Source: Octopus sinensis
Lineage: Eukaryota
Reading direction: 5' to 3'
Assembly (NCBI RefSeq): GCF_006345805.1
Contig: NC_043010.1
Coordinates: 19,592,001 to 19,656,000, forward strand
DNA: 64,000 nt
Every line of letters begins with the position of its first letter. Within the stretch, counting starts at the first letter, position 1. The notes under the pieces are model-generated. The model saw only the letters and a program-made list of their open reading frames with translations. It was not told where the DNA came from and made no database searches. Shown here piece after piece: positions 22,521-34,987 of the stretch. Both the position numbers and the translations under genes were made by a program.

Positions 22521-23712
22521 TCATTAATGTCTTAGATATAAAAAAAGATAAATTGATCATGGCTAGAATGCCTTTGATCATACATGATGTACTCCATCAG
22601 AGTTGACCTAGGGCTAAAGAACAACCACCTCCCCTGTTGCATTACTGTTGGCTTCATTTAAGGATTCCAGTTAAATTTGAAATCAGAACCACAGAGAAAC
22701 TGGTATCACAGAGAACCATCTTTGCCACTCTTGTTTATCAATACTGCCTAACCTTATGCACACACACACACACACACACACACAAAAGAATGTAGGATAG
22801 ATCAACGATTCCAAAAGCTGTGTGTTTATATAATAGAAATGTCAAACTTAGACATAAGGTCACATATTTCTACATGAAAGGAGAGAAGGATGGCTACATT
22901 AGATCAATACACCACCCTGTCCTTTGCCTGGGTATATGATTGACTCTCAGAAAGGTGACATTGTTGACAGCAGCAGAAATAATTGAATTCAGCTCATAAA
23001 CCATGCAAGACATTTCCATAATAATGTCTGTGTGTGTGTGTGTTTTATAGGCACAGCATGACCGAATGGTTAAGAAGTCCTATTCACAACCATAATGTCC
23101 TGGGTTCAGTCCCACTGCATGACATCTTGAACAAAGGATATTTTCTATGATTTTGGACTGACTCATGTCCACTAAGTGATACTCGGTAGACAGAAACTGT
23201 ACTGAAGCCTGCCATGTAAACTGTACCTGTAATTCAAATGTTCAGCTTTATCACACATTGTATTACACTGATTTTGTCTGAGAATTACCTGAGGGGTAAC
23301 ACTTGTGTCTGTGGTATACCCAGCCACTTGCATGTTAATTCAATGAGTAAGTAGTCCAGCTTTAGGGAAGTAGTGCCCCCTAGTAATTTTGTTGAAAGGT
23401 GGGTGAGTCATGAAAATGTCTCATGTGAATGGGACTACACTGAATATTCATCTGTAAGCCAGAAAGTTGAGGGGAAGAGGGGTACCTACCTGGAGTACCC
23501 TTGGCAGTCAGGGTGACCAGGATATGTGGGGTGCTTTGGTTGTCCCTGGGTGGAACTACTCCCTTTGGGGAATTTTGTTGTTTAATTTTTTTAACTGTTT
23601 TTGTTTGTTTTTTTTGTTGTTTTCTGTTTTGAACCCTTCTTGTCTCTTGTTTTGTATTGTCCCTAATTGTCTTTGTTTTCGACCCTTGTGGCCAATTAAG
23701 GAACTATTATTA

Positions 23713-23878
23713 CTGAGTGAGAGAGCAATGCATGCCATCAAAGTGACACTGGGGTAAAATATACAAAGCCCAGTTTACCCATCATTACTGCCCATCTGGT
23801 AAGGGTACACAAGGCACATGCATCACAACCATATGTGCACGACATGGTGATCTCATATCAAGATAAACAGCGCATGAC
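23713..23878 (-). repeat. (AAT)n-anchored dispersed repeat, truncated
   Basis: same fixed end as 31037. Confidence 0.7.
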
Positions 23879-23894
23879 ATTATTATTATCATCA

Positions 23895-24262
23895 TTCCTC
23901 CATTGTCAACTTTACCTTTCACCCCTCCAGGGGTTGATAAATTAAGGACCTGTTAAGTCTGGAATCATTGCAATCAACTAGCCCCTCTCCCTCCAAATTT
24001 CAGGCTTGTGTCTACAGTAGAGAGAATTGTTGTTGTTATTGTTGTTGTGAAGGCAGTGGGCTGATAGAATTGTTAGCATGCCAGACAAAAGGCTTAGTAG
24101 CATTTTGGCATTTTGTCTGCCTTTACATTCTGAGTTCAAATCCTGCCATGGTCGACTTTGCCTTTCAGGGTCAATAAATTTATTACCAGTGAAACACTGG
24201 GGTCGATGTAATCAACCCGTCTCCTCCCCAAAAATTTCAGGCCTTGTGCTTTTAGTAGAAAG
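23895..24262 (+). mobile_element. two tandem SINE family B copies
   Basis: same motifs; lie just upstream of exon 7. Confidence 0.7.
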
Positions 24263-24342
24263 GATCATCATCATCATTATTATTATTATTATTGTTGCTG
24301 CTGTTGTTATTATTATTATTATCGTTCTTGCTTTCTCCACAG

Positions 24343-24396
24343 GGTGTAGAAGATTGTAATGATGCTCTTGAAGATTTCCTCGAATTTGGCAAAACT
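24343..24396 (+). CDS. exon 7 (GVEDCNDALEDFLEFGKT)
   Basis: ctttctccacag acceptor, ACT|gtaagt donor, 54 bp, phase 0/0. Confidence 0.75.
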
Positions 24397-24858
24397 GTAA
24401 GTCTGAGTCTCTTTAAAATTCTCATGTTTTCTTCTTCCTGTGTTTGGCCTTCCTCACCAATAAACTTCTATGGAGGTTTCTGTTCTCCAAACTTGCCAAA
24501 GAGATGGGTGTCTTTTTGTTTTGTTTTTTTTTGTTTTTTGTGTATCCTTTTTACCCCCATTGACCAAAGCATACCAGCCATGACCATCACTTCTGATTTC
24601 AGCACATAATGCATCAAGGACCACATTATCTAATATGTCCATCATTTATAAATGACAGTAGAATATAATTTGAGGAAGATTCAGCTGCTCTTTCTGATTT
24701 CTGGCATAATGAACACAAAGAAGCGTGTGTGTGTGTGTATATGTGTGTGTATCTATAATGACTACTGGAAACAGCTGTGAACCAAATTTGCTCCAATAAA
24801 GGAAAAATATGTAATGACCATTATTTTAAACTTGTTTTATATATATATATATATATAA

Positions 24859-25232
24859 GTGCAGGAGTGGCTGTGTGGTAAGTAACTTGCTTACCAACCA
24901 CATGGTTCCAGGTCGGTCCTACTGTGTGGCATATTGGGGAAGTGTCTTCTACTATAGCATTGGGCCAACCAAAGCCTTGTGAGTGAATTTGGTAGAAGGA
25001 AACTGAAAGATGCCCATCATATATATATATTTGTGTGTCCGTGTTTGTCCCACCACCATCGCTTGACAACCGATTCTGGTGTGTTTATGTCACCATAACT
25101 TAGTGGTTCGGCAAAAGAGACTGATAGAATAAGTACTAGGCTGGCAAAAAATAAGTCTTGGCATTGATTTGTTCAACTAAAGGCAGTGCTCCAGCATGGC
25201 CACAGTCTAAATGACTGAAACAAATGAAAGAA
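24859..25232 (+). mobile_element. SINE family A, full length
   Basis: GCAGGAGTGGCTGTGTGGTAAG head through ATGACTGAAACAAATGAAAG tail. Confidence 0.8.
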
Positions 25233-25274
25233 ATTGGAGTTTTCTCTTTTAAACATAGACGGTTGACTTTTTAC

Positions 25275-25480
25275 AGGTGTCACGTAAAAAGCACTGATGG
25301 TGGTTCCATGTAAAAAGCACCCAGTACACTTTGTAAAGTGGTGGGTGTTAGGAAGGGTACCCAGCCATAGAAACCATACCAAAACAGACAATTGGAGTCT
25401 GGTGCAGCTACCGGCCTTGCCAGCTCCTGTGAAACTGTCCATCCCATGCCAACATGAAAAACTGACATTAAATGGTGATC
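25275..25480 (+). mobile_element. RTE 3'-tail copy
   Basis: tail motifs, degenerate hairpin CCATGCCAACATGA. Confidence 0.7.
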
Positions 25481-26054
25481 ATGGGTATAGATAGATAGAT
25501 GTGGAGGTACAATGGCTCAGTGGTTATGGCAGCAGAATAACCCATTCTCTCCTGAAAGGGATCCTTATGTATAGCCAAGAGAAATAACCCATTCATGTTT
25601 GTAAATTATTTCATATAAATCAAATTGAGTATGCTTACTTCTTAGTATTTGAACTATTTTCTCAATTTATCCAATACAACGCTTAAACAAGTAAATAGTA
25701 TTCTCCTAAACAATAGATCCACTTATTTCAGATAGTGACTTATTCACGAATATACCAACACTAGCGCCGCTGAGGGTAATATTCTTTGGGAATGCACAAA
25801 AGCTTTTTTCAGAGTTATTTACTTTGAATTGTTATTATCTCATATCTGATTAGCCTGTTATTACGTAACATGTTTCATGATTTTAGTATACATACCTTAT
25901 TAGTATTTCCTCCTATGTTCTTTATACTCTGGGAACGCATTAAAGCCCTTTTCAGGGCTACTTTATTTGAATTCTTACTATAGGGTAATTAATTTCATGT
26001 TATTACATAACTGACTTCACAATTTGGGGTATTCATAACTTATTGGGAATTCCT

Positions 26055-26357
26055 AAGAAAAGCACCAACCGATCGTGGCCGTTTGCCGGCCTCCTCTGGC
26101 TCCTGTGCCAGTGGCACGTAAAAAGCACCAACCGATTGTGACCGTTGCCAGCCTCCCTTGGCCCCTGTGCCAGTGACATGTAAAAAGCACCCACTACACT
26201 CATGGAGTGGTTGGCATTAGGAAGGGCATCCAGCTGTAGAAACACTGCCAGATCAGATTAGAGCCTGGCACAGCCTCCTGGCTTCCCAGACCCCGGTCGA
26301 ACTGTCCAACCCATGCTAGCATGGAAAACAGACATTAAACGACGATGATGATGATGA
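26055..26357 (+). mobile_element. RTE 3'-tail copy
   Basis: tail motifs, CCATGCTAGCATGG, (GAT)n. Confidence 0.8.
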
Positions 26358-27342
26358 TCCTGTGTAAGACAGTTCAGTATTCTCTCTAAATGCACAAAAA
26401 CCGTTTTAAGGGCTACATACTTTGTATTGTTGTTACTGGATTAGTGAAACAATTACAAGAACGGAACCAAGGGATAAGCCCCACTTTCCCGGGAATTACC
26501 GGATACACCAGCTAGTATACATATATATACATTTGTATATAATATGTCAGTTGCTTCATGTGGTTTCATGAAGGTCCATTCTCAAAGAAACCGTGTGTGT
26601 GTATCTATGAGTTTATGTGTTTGTTTATTTAATGACAAATAGGTATGTGTAAACAGTATACTAATATAATAGTGCTGTGTGTGTGTGTTTCTTAAGTGTT
26701 TACATTCTGTTTCTCTCCCCCCCTCTCCAACAACCGGATATGATGCCCTTTTTTTGATTCGGTAATTACTTCCTGTTTCAATGACCAACGGAAATCTCTT
26801 GAAATCTTCACTTTACTTCATCATCCATCATCATCATCACAGCTGCCTTCATCCTTATCTCCATCTGTGTGGCAGTTGTAATGGCAGTGGTGGTTGTGCA
26901 ATGCAGTGATGTAACCCTCCATAAGGTGGGTGTGTATGTACCAGTAATATGGTATTTATATGTAGGAGTTTAGGTGTGGTTGGGAGTAAAGTGATATTAA
27001 TATCAGCAGGAATGGTGGTGGTAGTGGGGAGGTATGGTGGGGTGGAGGTGGAGAGACAGTGTATGATGATGTGGTTCAAGGTGGGGGAACTGCGTCAAGA
27101 TGTTGATGTAAGCAGCTTTACATAATGTATTTGTTGTTGCTGTACCATTGCTTGCCGTTGCATCTCTTCACAAATCCACCCTTATCTCATCCTGGGTACA
27201 TAACATCGTAAATGTTTCTAAGTCACTCTGTTAATTTGGAATATTTTTCGTTTCTCTCTAAATTGCTTGTTTGCTTTTTTTCCTGTTTTTTTTTTTTTTG
27301 TGGGGGGGTTTATTATGAAGACTGTTTGAGGAAGAGAAAGTG

Positions 27343-27376
<34 letters not shown>

Positions 27377-27764
27377 ATACTCTCATTTAAACACTTACAG
27401 ATACACACACAGGCGCAGTCACTTAATACATACACAGCCACTTAAATATACTCAGATGTGCACTCACACACAGCTATTTAAATACTCAGATACAAACACA
27501 GTCACTTTAATACATATATATATATAAATGTTATTACTGTTCACATATAATTTTATCTGCCCACATCCTTAAGTAGCTGACTATTAAAACTCACATGGCA
27601 TATGATTACACATAGTAACATCCCACACATATAACAACACTGTGTCTGTATGAATGTGTGGGTGTATATACATACACTCACATGCATGCACACATCCTTC
27701 AATTGCCCTCCATATAAATTGAATAACATTAAAGGCTCTACACTAAATGGTGAAATGGACATCT

Positions 27765-28062
27765 AGAGTAACTTCTGCGGTCTTAATTGACCGATAAATC
27801 ACTTCACTGGAAGACATATTCTAATGGTCACTAATGGCTAAACAGACCACTACCTCATCATGACCCTGGGATACATACTAGAGTGACCGCGATGGTCTTT
27901 ATTGACCAATATATTATTACGCTTGGCTACACTACAGTAATCCTACTGTTTTAAATGACCACTGAGTTACATACAGGAGTGACCAGTGCTGTCTTAATTG
28001 ACCATCAACAGATAACTGCCCTGGAACATATTCTGGAATGGCCACTATGGTCTTAAATGACC
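27765..28062. repeat. degenerate ~55-bp tandem repeat (6 units) with quasi-palindromic core GGTCTTAATTGACC
   Basis: cores at 27779, 27836, 27894, 27947, 27990 and 28049. Confidence 0.65.
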
Positions 28063-28133
28063 ACCAGCATCTCTGTCCCCTTGTACAATCAATTCATAAC
28101 TATCATCATCATCATTACCATCATCTGTCCAAA

Positions 28134-28217
28134 ATGGATGTGGAGTGTTACCGTTGGAAACTACGGCGATGGAGTCATCATCATACAGGTTGTCGTTGGC
28201 AACGTACAATCGAAACG
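28134..28217 (+). CDS. candidate alternative first coding exon (MDVECYRWKLRRWSHHHTGCRWQRTIET)
   Basis: ATG to ACG|gtgagt consensus donor, phase 0, locally CpG-rich non-repeat sequence; no homology support. Confidence 0.3.
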
Positions 28218-29193
28218 GTGAGTAGGTGACTGTTGAAGAATTTGTTGTGTAGCCCCAGGTCAGACTTGATCAAAAACGTTCCAGCCATGACCTTCCCATC
28301 TTTTACTTTAAACAATCTATCTTGGACTACAATATTCAGAGTGCTTTCCATATTTTTTTTTAAGATGACATGTGTAATGTGAAGGAGATTTAACTGTTAT
28401 TTTTAGCAGATCAGTGACCACGTACAATGTCCACCACATACAATGACCTCTATGTGATCACTTTTGTTGTTCTGATATCTTTTTCCAATTTTGAACATGT
28501 TCAGGCCCCATAAGTTGATATTTTTGGCCCCTTATGTTTATCAACTATGATTGAGCAAACCTCAAAAACATTCCATCTGTGACCATCCCCGCTTTAGGGG
28601 TGTGCCTAGAACATTGTTGTCTAAAGCCTCATTTAATGCTACATATTATAGTCAGTTGTGGTGTTTAACAAAATAGCTGTCCTGTAGCCTTAGTCAAGTC
28701 ACACAATACTCCTGGCCCATGGTGTGTTGGTGTTCTTTACAAAATCACCAAACTAGCATTGAATGTTGAATAAAATATCATGACCCCTAAATCCTGCCTC
28801 TAAACTATTGAGTGGTGTGTCTTACTTAAAACCTGTTACTCATCATGTTTTGGTCACACAAAACCTGTATTGTTTCTCATTTCTGTGGGCAGAGATACCA
28901 TGAGTTCAAACCTTGCATACAGCCTTTGTATTGAGTTTGCATGCAACATTCTAATATATGTGTGTATGTGTGTGTGTGTGTATATATATATTATACATAT
29001 TTATATGGTTGTTTGTTATGGCTAATCAGAGTGGTCACTCTCAGACCAGCCACAACAAACAACCTTCTAAATATACGACTGTTCTAATATTATAGAGTAT
29101 GCTTCTTAGTTGAATATATGAACTACTGACTGATGTGTGCGTGCATGTGTGTGTATATATATATATGTGTGTGTGTGTATGTATACATATGTC

Positions 29194-29395
29194 ACAGGTG
29201 TTGTGTTCCAAAACCCACCACATAGGTGAAAATCCGTGAAATAGAAACAGTACTGTATGTAACTTTTTATTATTTTTATAATTTGTATATATTTATTTTA
29301 TTATAAATGCAAAACAACACCACAGAGGAATTGACGTAAGCTTAAATAATAAACTGTGATAGGTGAAACACAATATGGCGAGGTGTTACTCTGTG
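29194..29395. mobile_element. possible Tigger/pogo-like MITE remnant
   Basis: GTTCCAAAACCC...GTGAAAATCCGTGAA and ATAGGTGAAAC.CAATATGGCGAGG resemble recalled pogo-type subterminal motifs. Confidence 0.3.
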
Positions 29396-29641
29396 TGTGT
29401 GTGTATGTGTGTATATATGTGTGTGTGTGTATGTGTGTATATATGTGTGTGTATATATATATATAAATACATACACATTCATGTAAATACACACATACAA
29501 GCATTTATATACATACATAATTGTAGATGGAAAATATATATGAAGGTTACATCCCAATATTGTTAAATTTTCCATTCTTCCATTCTCTGGTGGTAGTCGA
29601 TCAGGTGCTCATTCTCAGACGTAACTTACCATTCTTTCTAT

Positions 29642-29939
29642 GGGGCTAATGCAGTTTGGCACCTCTCCTTGAAAAATGCATTTTTTTTTTTAAACTTTTT
29701 CACATTCCTACGTTTTGGGTGTCGGAGATTACGAATATGCCAAAAAAAAAACAAAAAAAAACCATTTTCAAATCCCACCCCTCCTCAAAAAATGTATTTC
29801 TCATGAAAAACTTTTTATGGATTCCCAAGTTTTAGATACTGGAGATTACAAATAAGCAAAAAAAAAATCATCCTTATTTTTTTTTCAAATTTACCCCCAC
29901 ACACACCCCATTTTGCCCCACAGCCAATGCATTAGCCCC
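29642..29939. mobile_element. MITE with TIRs and an 8-bp near-TSD
   Basis: GGGGCTAATGCA / TGCATTAGCCCC termini; flanks CTTTCTAT and CTTTCAAT; internal ~120-bp direct repeat (GGAGATTAC.AATA). Confidence 0.45.
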
Positions 29940-30614
29940 CTTTCAATTTCATCACACTCTGCCCTTTAAACTCATCTCATTTCAAACATTTCGACTGGTA
30001 GCAGCATTTACCCCTCTACCATTCAACACACCATTTTTTACAAATTTACCAACCACTGAACAATTAAGTTATTTGTTTACGTAATGCTTTGTGGCATTTT
30101 GTCCATCTTTACATTCTGAATTCAACTTTGCCTTTTATCTTCTCGAGGATGATAAAATCAGCACCAGTTGTGCCCTGGGGGGCGGTCAGTGTAATCAACT
30201 AGCCCCTCCCCTAAGCTTATTGGTCTTGTGCCAAATTCTGAAATCATCTTCATCATTATTATTATTATTATGGAACCTGGTGCAATCCTGGCCTTACCAG
30301 TTCCTGTCAAGCCATCCAACCCATGCCAGCTTAGAAAATGGACGTTAAGTGATGATGATAATGATGATGGTTATTGTTATTATTATTGCCCTTATTTTTA
30401 TTATTATCACTATCATTCTTTATTTACTTTTGCTTTTTTTTATTTCTACTTTTACTTTATCATCATCATCATCATCACCATTATTATTATTATTATTTGC
30501 CACCTAAATGTGGCGATCCCATAGTAGTCAATGCTATTGTTGTTCATAGCCCCAGGAAAACATCTCCTCCTACTGGAACAGTAGCATTGTCCCCTATGGG
30601 ACCACCACATTTTG

Positions 30615-30967
30615 GTGGCAAATATACTTCACTGCCTGACTCCAGTGCTGCCTGACTGGCTCCCATGCTGGTGGCACATAAAAAGCACCATTCAAGCATG
30701 GTCAATGCCAGTGCCAGCTGACTGGTCCTGTGCCTGTAGCACATAAAAAGCACTATTCAAGCATGATCAATACCAGTACCGCCCGACTGGCCTTCCTACC
30801 GGTGGCAAGTAAAAAAGTACCCACTACACTCTTGGCATCCAGCTGTAGAAACTTTGCTAAATCAGAGTGGATCCTGGTGCAGCCTTCTGGCTTGCCAGCC
30901 CTTAGTCAAATCATCCAACCCATGCCAGCATGGAAAGCAAACATTAAACGACGATGACGATGATGAT
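30615..30967 (+). mobile_element. RTE 3'-tail copy
   Basis: tail motifs and (GAT)n; a shorter copy lies at 30275-30368. Confidence 0.75.
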
Positions 30968-31036
30968 TCCATGCTGCTACTGTTCACTTCTCACTCAGAG
31001 ATTTGATATTACTTGTTTCTCCATTATTGTTATTAT

Positions 31037-31522
31037 TGAGTGAGAGAGCAGTGCATGCCATCAAAGTGACACTGGGGTAAAATATACGAAGCCCAGTATA
31101 CCCATCATGACTACCCATCTGACAAGGGTACACCAGGCACATGCATCACAACCATATATGCACGACATGGTGATCTCATATCAAGATAAACAGCGCATGA
31201 CCTTGCAGGTGGGGCCCAGTTAGAAGTTTCTTCAGGTCAAGTTGCCCATCCCGCTCAAAAGGTCCATGAATAAGGATTGTTTAAGGATGTTGAAGGAACC
31301 ACCCTTGTTTCCGAAGGTGAATTATCCAAACCTCTAAGAATTCCTTTCAACACACAGCTATGATGCTCCCCCACTACTTCTGCTCATGATTGGAGATGCA
31401 CATATCGTCAGCCACTAAGGGACATGCTCAACTGGTTATGGTCAAACAAGTGACAAGCAAATCTGTGGTATTGAGCAAAATATTTGCTGTAGCCCATCTT
31501 TTATACCAAGACAAAACAATGT
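31037..31522 (-). repeat. (AAT)n-anchored dispersed repeat, longest copy
   Basis: starts TGAGTGAGAGAGCAGTGCATGCCATCAAAGTGACACTGGGG next to (ATT)n; shorter copies at 23713-23878, 50127-50230 and 55575-55597. Confidence 0.75.
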
Positions 31523-31771
31523 ATTATTATTATCATCATCATTAGTATTATTGTTAATATTGTTGTTGTTGCTGTTATTGTGTTATCATGATACTTCCCC
31601 CACCACCACCACCATTTACCTTTCTGATTTACTACTGACCAGTCTATTATCAATATTTTATCTATACAATTTCCACTTCTAAGATTACTTGGGCTTTTTA
31701 ATTAATGGTATTATTATTAAAAATCATATTGTTCTTATCTTTATTAATATTTTGTTTTTGTATGTTTTCTC

Positions 31772-31806
<35 letters not shown>

Positions 31807-32139
31807 TACTTGCTGTTATCTTTCCTCCTTATATAAGCAACATAATTAGCGAAAAGAGTTGGTTGGTCTAAAATTGTAACTGCTGGAGTAAGAACAAGTT
31901 GGAAACTTTAAGGGGTTTTAGAGGGCTAATACTGCATGGAGTGAGATAGGGGTCTTGAACACAGCGATCTTGAGGAGAATGGAAAGAAATGGAGTAAGCA
32001 TGGTCTGTTGGATGTGCCTTGTAAATGTGTACAAACGACATAATACTATGAAGCAGAAGAGAAATCCAATATGGTGTGCAAGAAAGAAGACCGTAATGGA
32101 ATGGATGGATGATGCTTGTGAATGAGGACAGCCACATAA

Positions 32140-32727
32140 TCCTTTGGAATTCAGGTTACTTTGCCAAATGTAGCGTTTATTTATTCACTTCATTTGGAAT
32201 CAATCATGCATTATCTCACAGCTTTGAGATCTCAATGATATGATTACTAGCACTATGACCCAGCAACGCCGGGTCATAGTGCTAGTGCATGCATATACAG
32301 CTGCGTGCGCACATACACGTGAGTACTGTCCAAATCTCTGACCAATCACATACAGCTAGCTGGCATTCAATTGGCGTATCAAGTTTCGGGCATTTTGATT
32401 GGGTTTTGGATAGAAAATTCACAAAAAAGTCGCTTCTATTGATTTTTTAATGGCTTTGCGGGGTGACTGGAGAAATGTAAAGATGTGTACGACCACCCTT
32501 GGATGGTTTTGAATGACCATAGAAAGTGCGAGTCCTCTAACTGAAAAATTGTGGATTTGTATAAAGGATACACACACACAGACATTTTGCCGTTTATATA
32601 TATAGAGATGTATTTTGTGGGTAACGTTGTAGATTTCAGAGTAGGTGTGAGAGGCTGGATCTGGCCAGTTTGAACATAAAATGTGTAGAATATCTGGGCT
32701 GGATATGACCGGTTTAAATGCTAAAGA
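32140..32727. mobile_element. piggyBac-like MITE (opposite orientation) interrupted by a Helentron-like element
   Basis: body matches the reverse complement of 41893-42109; ends TTTAAATGCTAAAGAG; partial copies at 37920-38030 and 42755-42860. Confidence 0.55.
32246..32609 (+). mobile_element. Helentron/DINE-1-like non-autonomous element
   Basis: 5' perfect 16-bp hairpin ACTAGCACTATGACCC..GGGTCATAGTGCTAGT; 3' end TTTATATATATAGAGAT; no TSD. Confidence 0.55.
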
Positions 32728-32934
32728 GATAAAGAAATGCCGGTTGTTTAATGTGGATTAAGCTTGTTGAAGAGAGAGAGCTAGGAAGAGAATGGGGCAA
32801 AGTGGGGAAAGCTAACCTTAGGACTCTGAGGGGACGACATAAGACTGGGATGACTGACTGTACATGTTTCACAAGAAGACCCTTTCCCTACTGTTGCCCC
32901 ACTCAGCTGAAAGGAGCTTTAGTCATGCAAGCTG

Positions 32935-33120
32935 CATGACAGCTTCACTAGTGCTGGCATCACAGAAAAAGCACCCAGTACATGCTGTAAAGTGGTTGGT
33001 CTTAAGAAGGAGCATCCAACCATAGAAACTACAATGCAGTAAACATCGGAGCAATTTTGGGGGCACACTGGATGCTATCCAACCATCTAACCCATGCTGG
33101 CATGGAAGATGGATGTTAAT
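32935..33120 (+). mobile_element. RTE 3'-tail copy, degenerate
   Basis: AAAAAGCACCCAGTAC...CCATGCTGGCATGG; another short copy at 33835-33926. Confidence 0.65.
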
Positions 33121-33231
33121 AGATGTTGGTCCAACACTCATGCACACACACACACTCAAAACACAAATATTTGTCACCAGTTGATGATTCACTCTGGGTA
33201 GCAACAACAAATCACCAACTTCTTTTCTACT

Positions 33232-33440
33232 CTAGGCACAAGGCCCGAAATTTTGTGAGGAGGGGGCCAGTCGATTAGATCAACCCCCAGTACACAACTG
33301 GTACTTAATTTATCAACTCCGAAAGGATGAAAGGCAAAGTCGACCTCAGCAGAATTTGAATTCAGAACATAAAAACAGACGAAATACTGCTAAGCATTGC
33401 GCCTGGCATGCTAACGTTTCTGCCAGCTCCCCCTGCCTTA
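33232..33440 (-). mobile_element. SINE family B
   Basis: GAAAGGATGAAAGGCAAAGTCGAC...CTGCCAGCTC. Confidence 0.75.
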
Positions 33441-34166
33441 ATAAATCATCGACTTCTAACAAATATATGGACTTTACTGAATGCATTGAGTGCTCTTTCT
33501 CTTACGTATGCAATCAAACAGATCAATGGAGAGATAAGCACACACACACACAAACATATTCCTGTTTTGCTTTACAGTTAAATACAGTGATACCTCACAG
33601 TACGAGTTTAATTCATTCCATGACCAAGCTGGTTTTATGATTTACTCGTTTTACAAATCAATTTTTCTCATTGAAATTGACTAAAATATAATTAATCCGT
33701 TCCAGCCCCCCCCCCCCAACCACTAAAAATTATTTTTCTACGGGTTTTAAAACAGGAAAGGTGTAGTTACAAGTGAAATGACAATTATAAAAAATAAGAG
33801 AATGCAAAAAGAAATGTCAACGGGTTTTATTAACTCTGGTGCAGCCATCTGGTTCGCAAGCCCTCAGTCAAAATCGTCCAACCCATGCTAGCATGGAAAG
33901 CGGACGTTAAACGACGATGATGATGAATTACCTTAAAGATGGGATGATTTGTGTGCTCGTACTCTGGATTTCCACTCATACTTCAAGACAAAAATTTGTG
34001 TGAGTCTCAGCTCGTACAGCAGATTAGTCGTACAATGGGGCACTCGTACTGTGAGGTTCAATTAGATATTTGAGATTATGGAAGGATGAAAAGAAGTGAA
34101 ACTCTTGCAGAATAGGATCAGCAGTTTGTTTTATTTTTCTCATTTGTTTGTTATTTTATATTTTAA

Positions 34167-34360
34167 CCATTTGGCATTTAAGCCTACCTTATTTGGCCAA
34201 ATATTCTACCTGTTTTATGTTCAAACCTAACCTACAATGTCATTCTGAAAATTAAAAATTACATCATCAGAATCTCAAGGCTTTGAGATAATGTATAATT
34301 AATTCAAAGAATGTGAATTAATAGGCATCACGTTTGATGGAGTAACTGAATGCTAAAGGG
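34167..34360. mobile_element. piggyBac-like MITE, same family as 41893
   Basis: TTAA|CCATTTGGCATT ... AATGCTAAAGGG|TTAT. Confidence 0.65.
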
Positions 34361-34819
34361 TTATGGGTTGGATATGTATGCAAAGTCTGGTGTTTAGATG
34401 ACATGTTGAACGTTCGTCTCCTTCAAAAGATCTGACGTCACTACTTCATTGATACTGTATTCACACACACTTATTACTCACACACGGCTTACATACACAC
34501 ACACACCTACTTACATGTACAGTCATGTACACACACCAATATCAATGATGTGTGTTGGTCCAAAGTACCAACTATTATATCTATATCTGCGTTGGTGTTG
34601 TAATACTGAACTCCCTCTTCATTTCCCTCCAATCTCTCTCTTTTTCTTCTTCCTTTCCTTTCCCTCTCCCCCTCTCTCTATCCCTGCCTTCAGTAAATTC
34701 ATCTCTGTACACACACACACACACATACTTCTTACTGTGGTCTGGTTGTCCAACGTAGCAGCAAAATGTGGCACTCAGAATGTAACATTGCCCATTGTTG
34801 TTGACCAAAGTTCCTCCAT

Positions 34820-34987
34820 ATGACAACAACAACAACTGAATCGGACACTCAGACAGCAGCTGCCATGTTTAGCCAATTTAATACGTTTATACTAGAATAC
34901 GTTAGTAACAAACTTGGAGAGTCGGACGTTGAAGATTATGACAGTGAAGAGGAAAATTCTAAATGTTTGGATCATCAGACAGAAAGG
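34820..34987 (+). CDS. candidate alternative first coding exon (MTTTTTESDTQTAAAMFSQFNTFILEYVSNKLGESDVEDYDSEEENSKCLDHQTER)
   Basis: ATG with in-frame upstream TGA at 34802; acidic protein-like composition; AGG|gtaaga donor in phase 0, compatible with exon 8. A weak AAG acceptor at 34809-34810 would make it an internal exon instead. Confidence 0.6.

Noticed and set aside
26881-26925. Possible first exon MAVVVVQCSDVTLHK with AAG|gtgggt donor, preceded by a hydrophobic in-frame stretch
   Set aside because: Very short, built on CAT/GTG low-complexity sequence, with an in-frame stop upstream; likely a chance ATG-GT pairing.
27765-28062. CRISPR-like array (palindromic repeats with spacers)
   Set aside because: Eukaryotic intron context; repeats are short and degenerate, spacers are related to each other, and there are no cas genes.
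31868-32137. 89-aa minus-strand ORF (and similar text at 2092-2373, 7330-7761)
   Set aside because: At most heavily decayed L2/CR1-like remnants; too degenerate to call with support.
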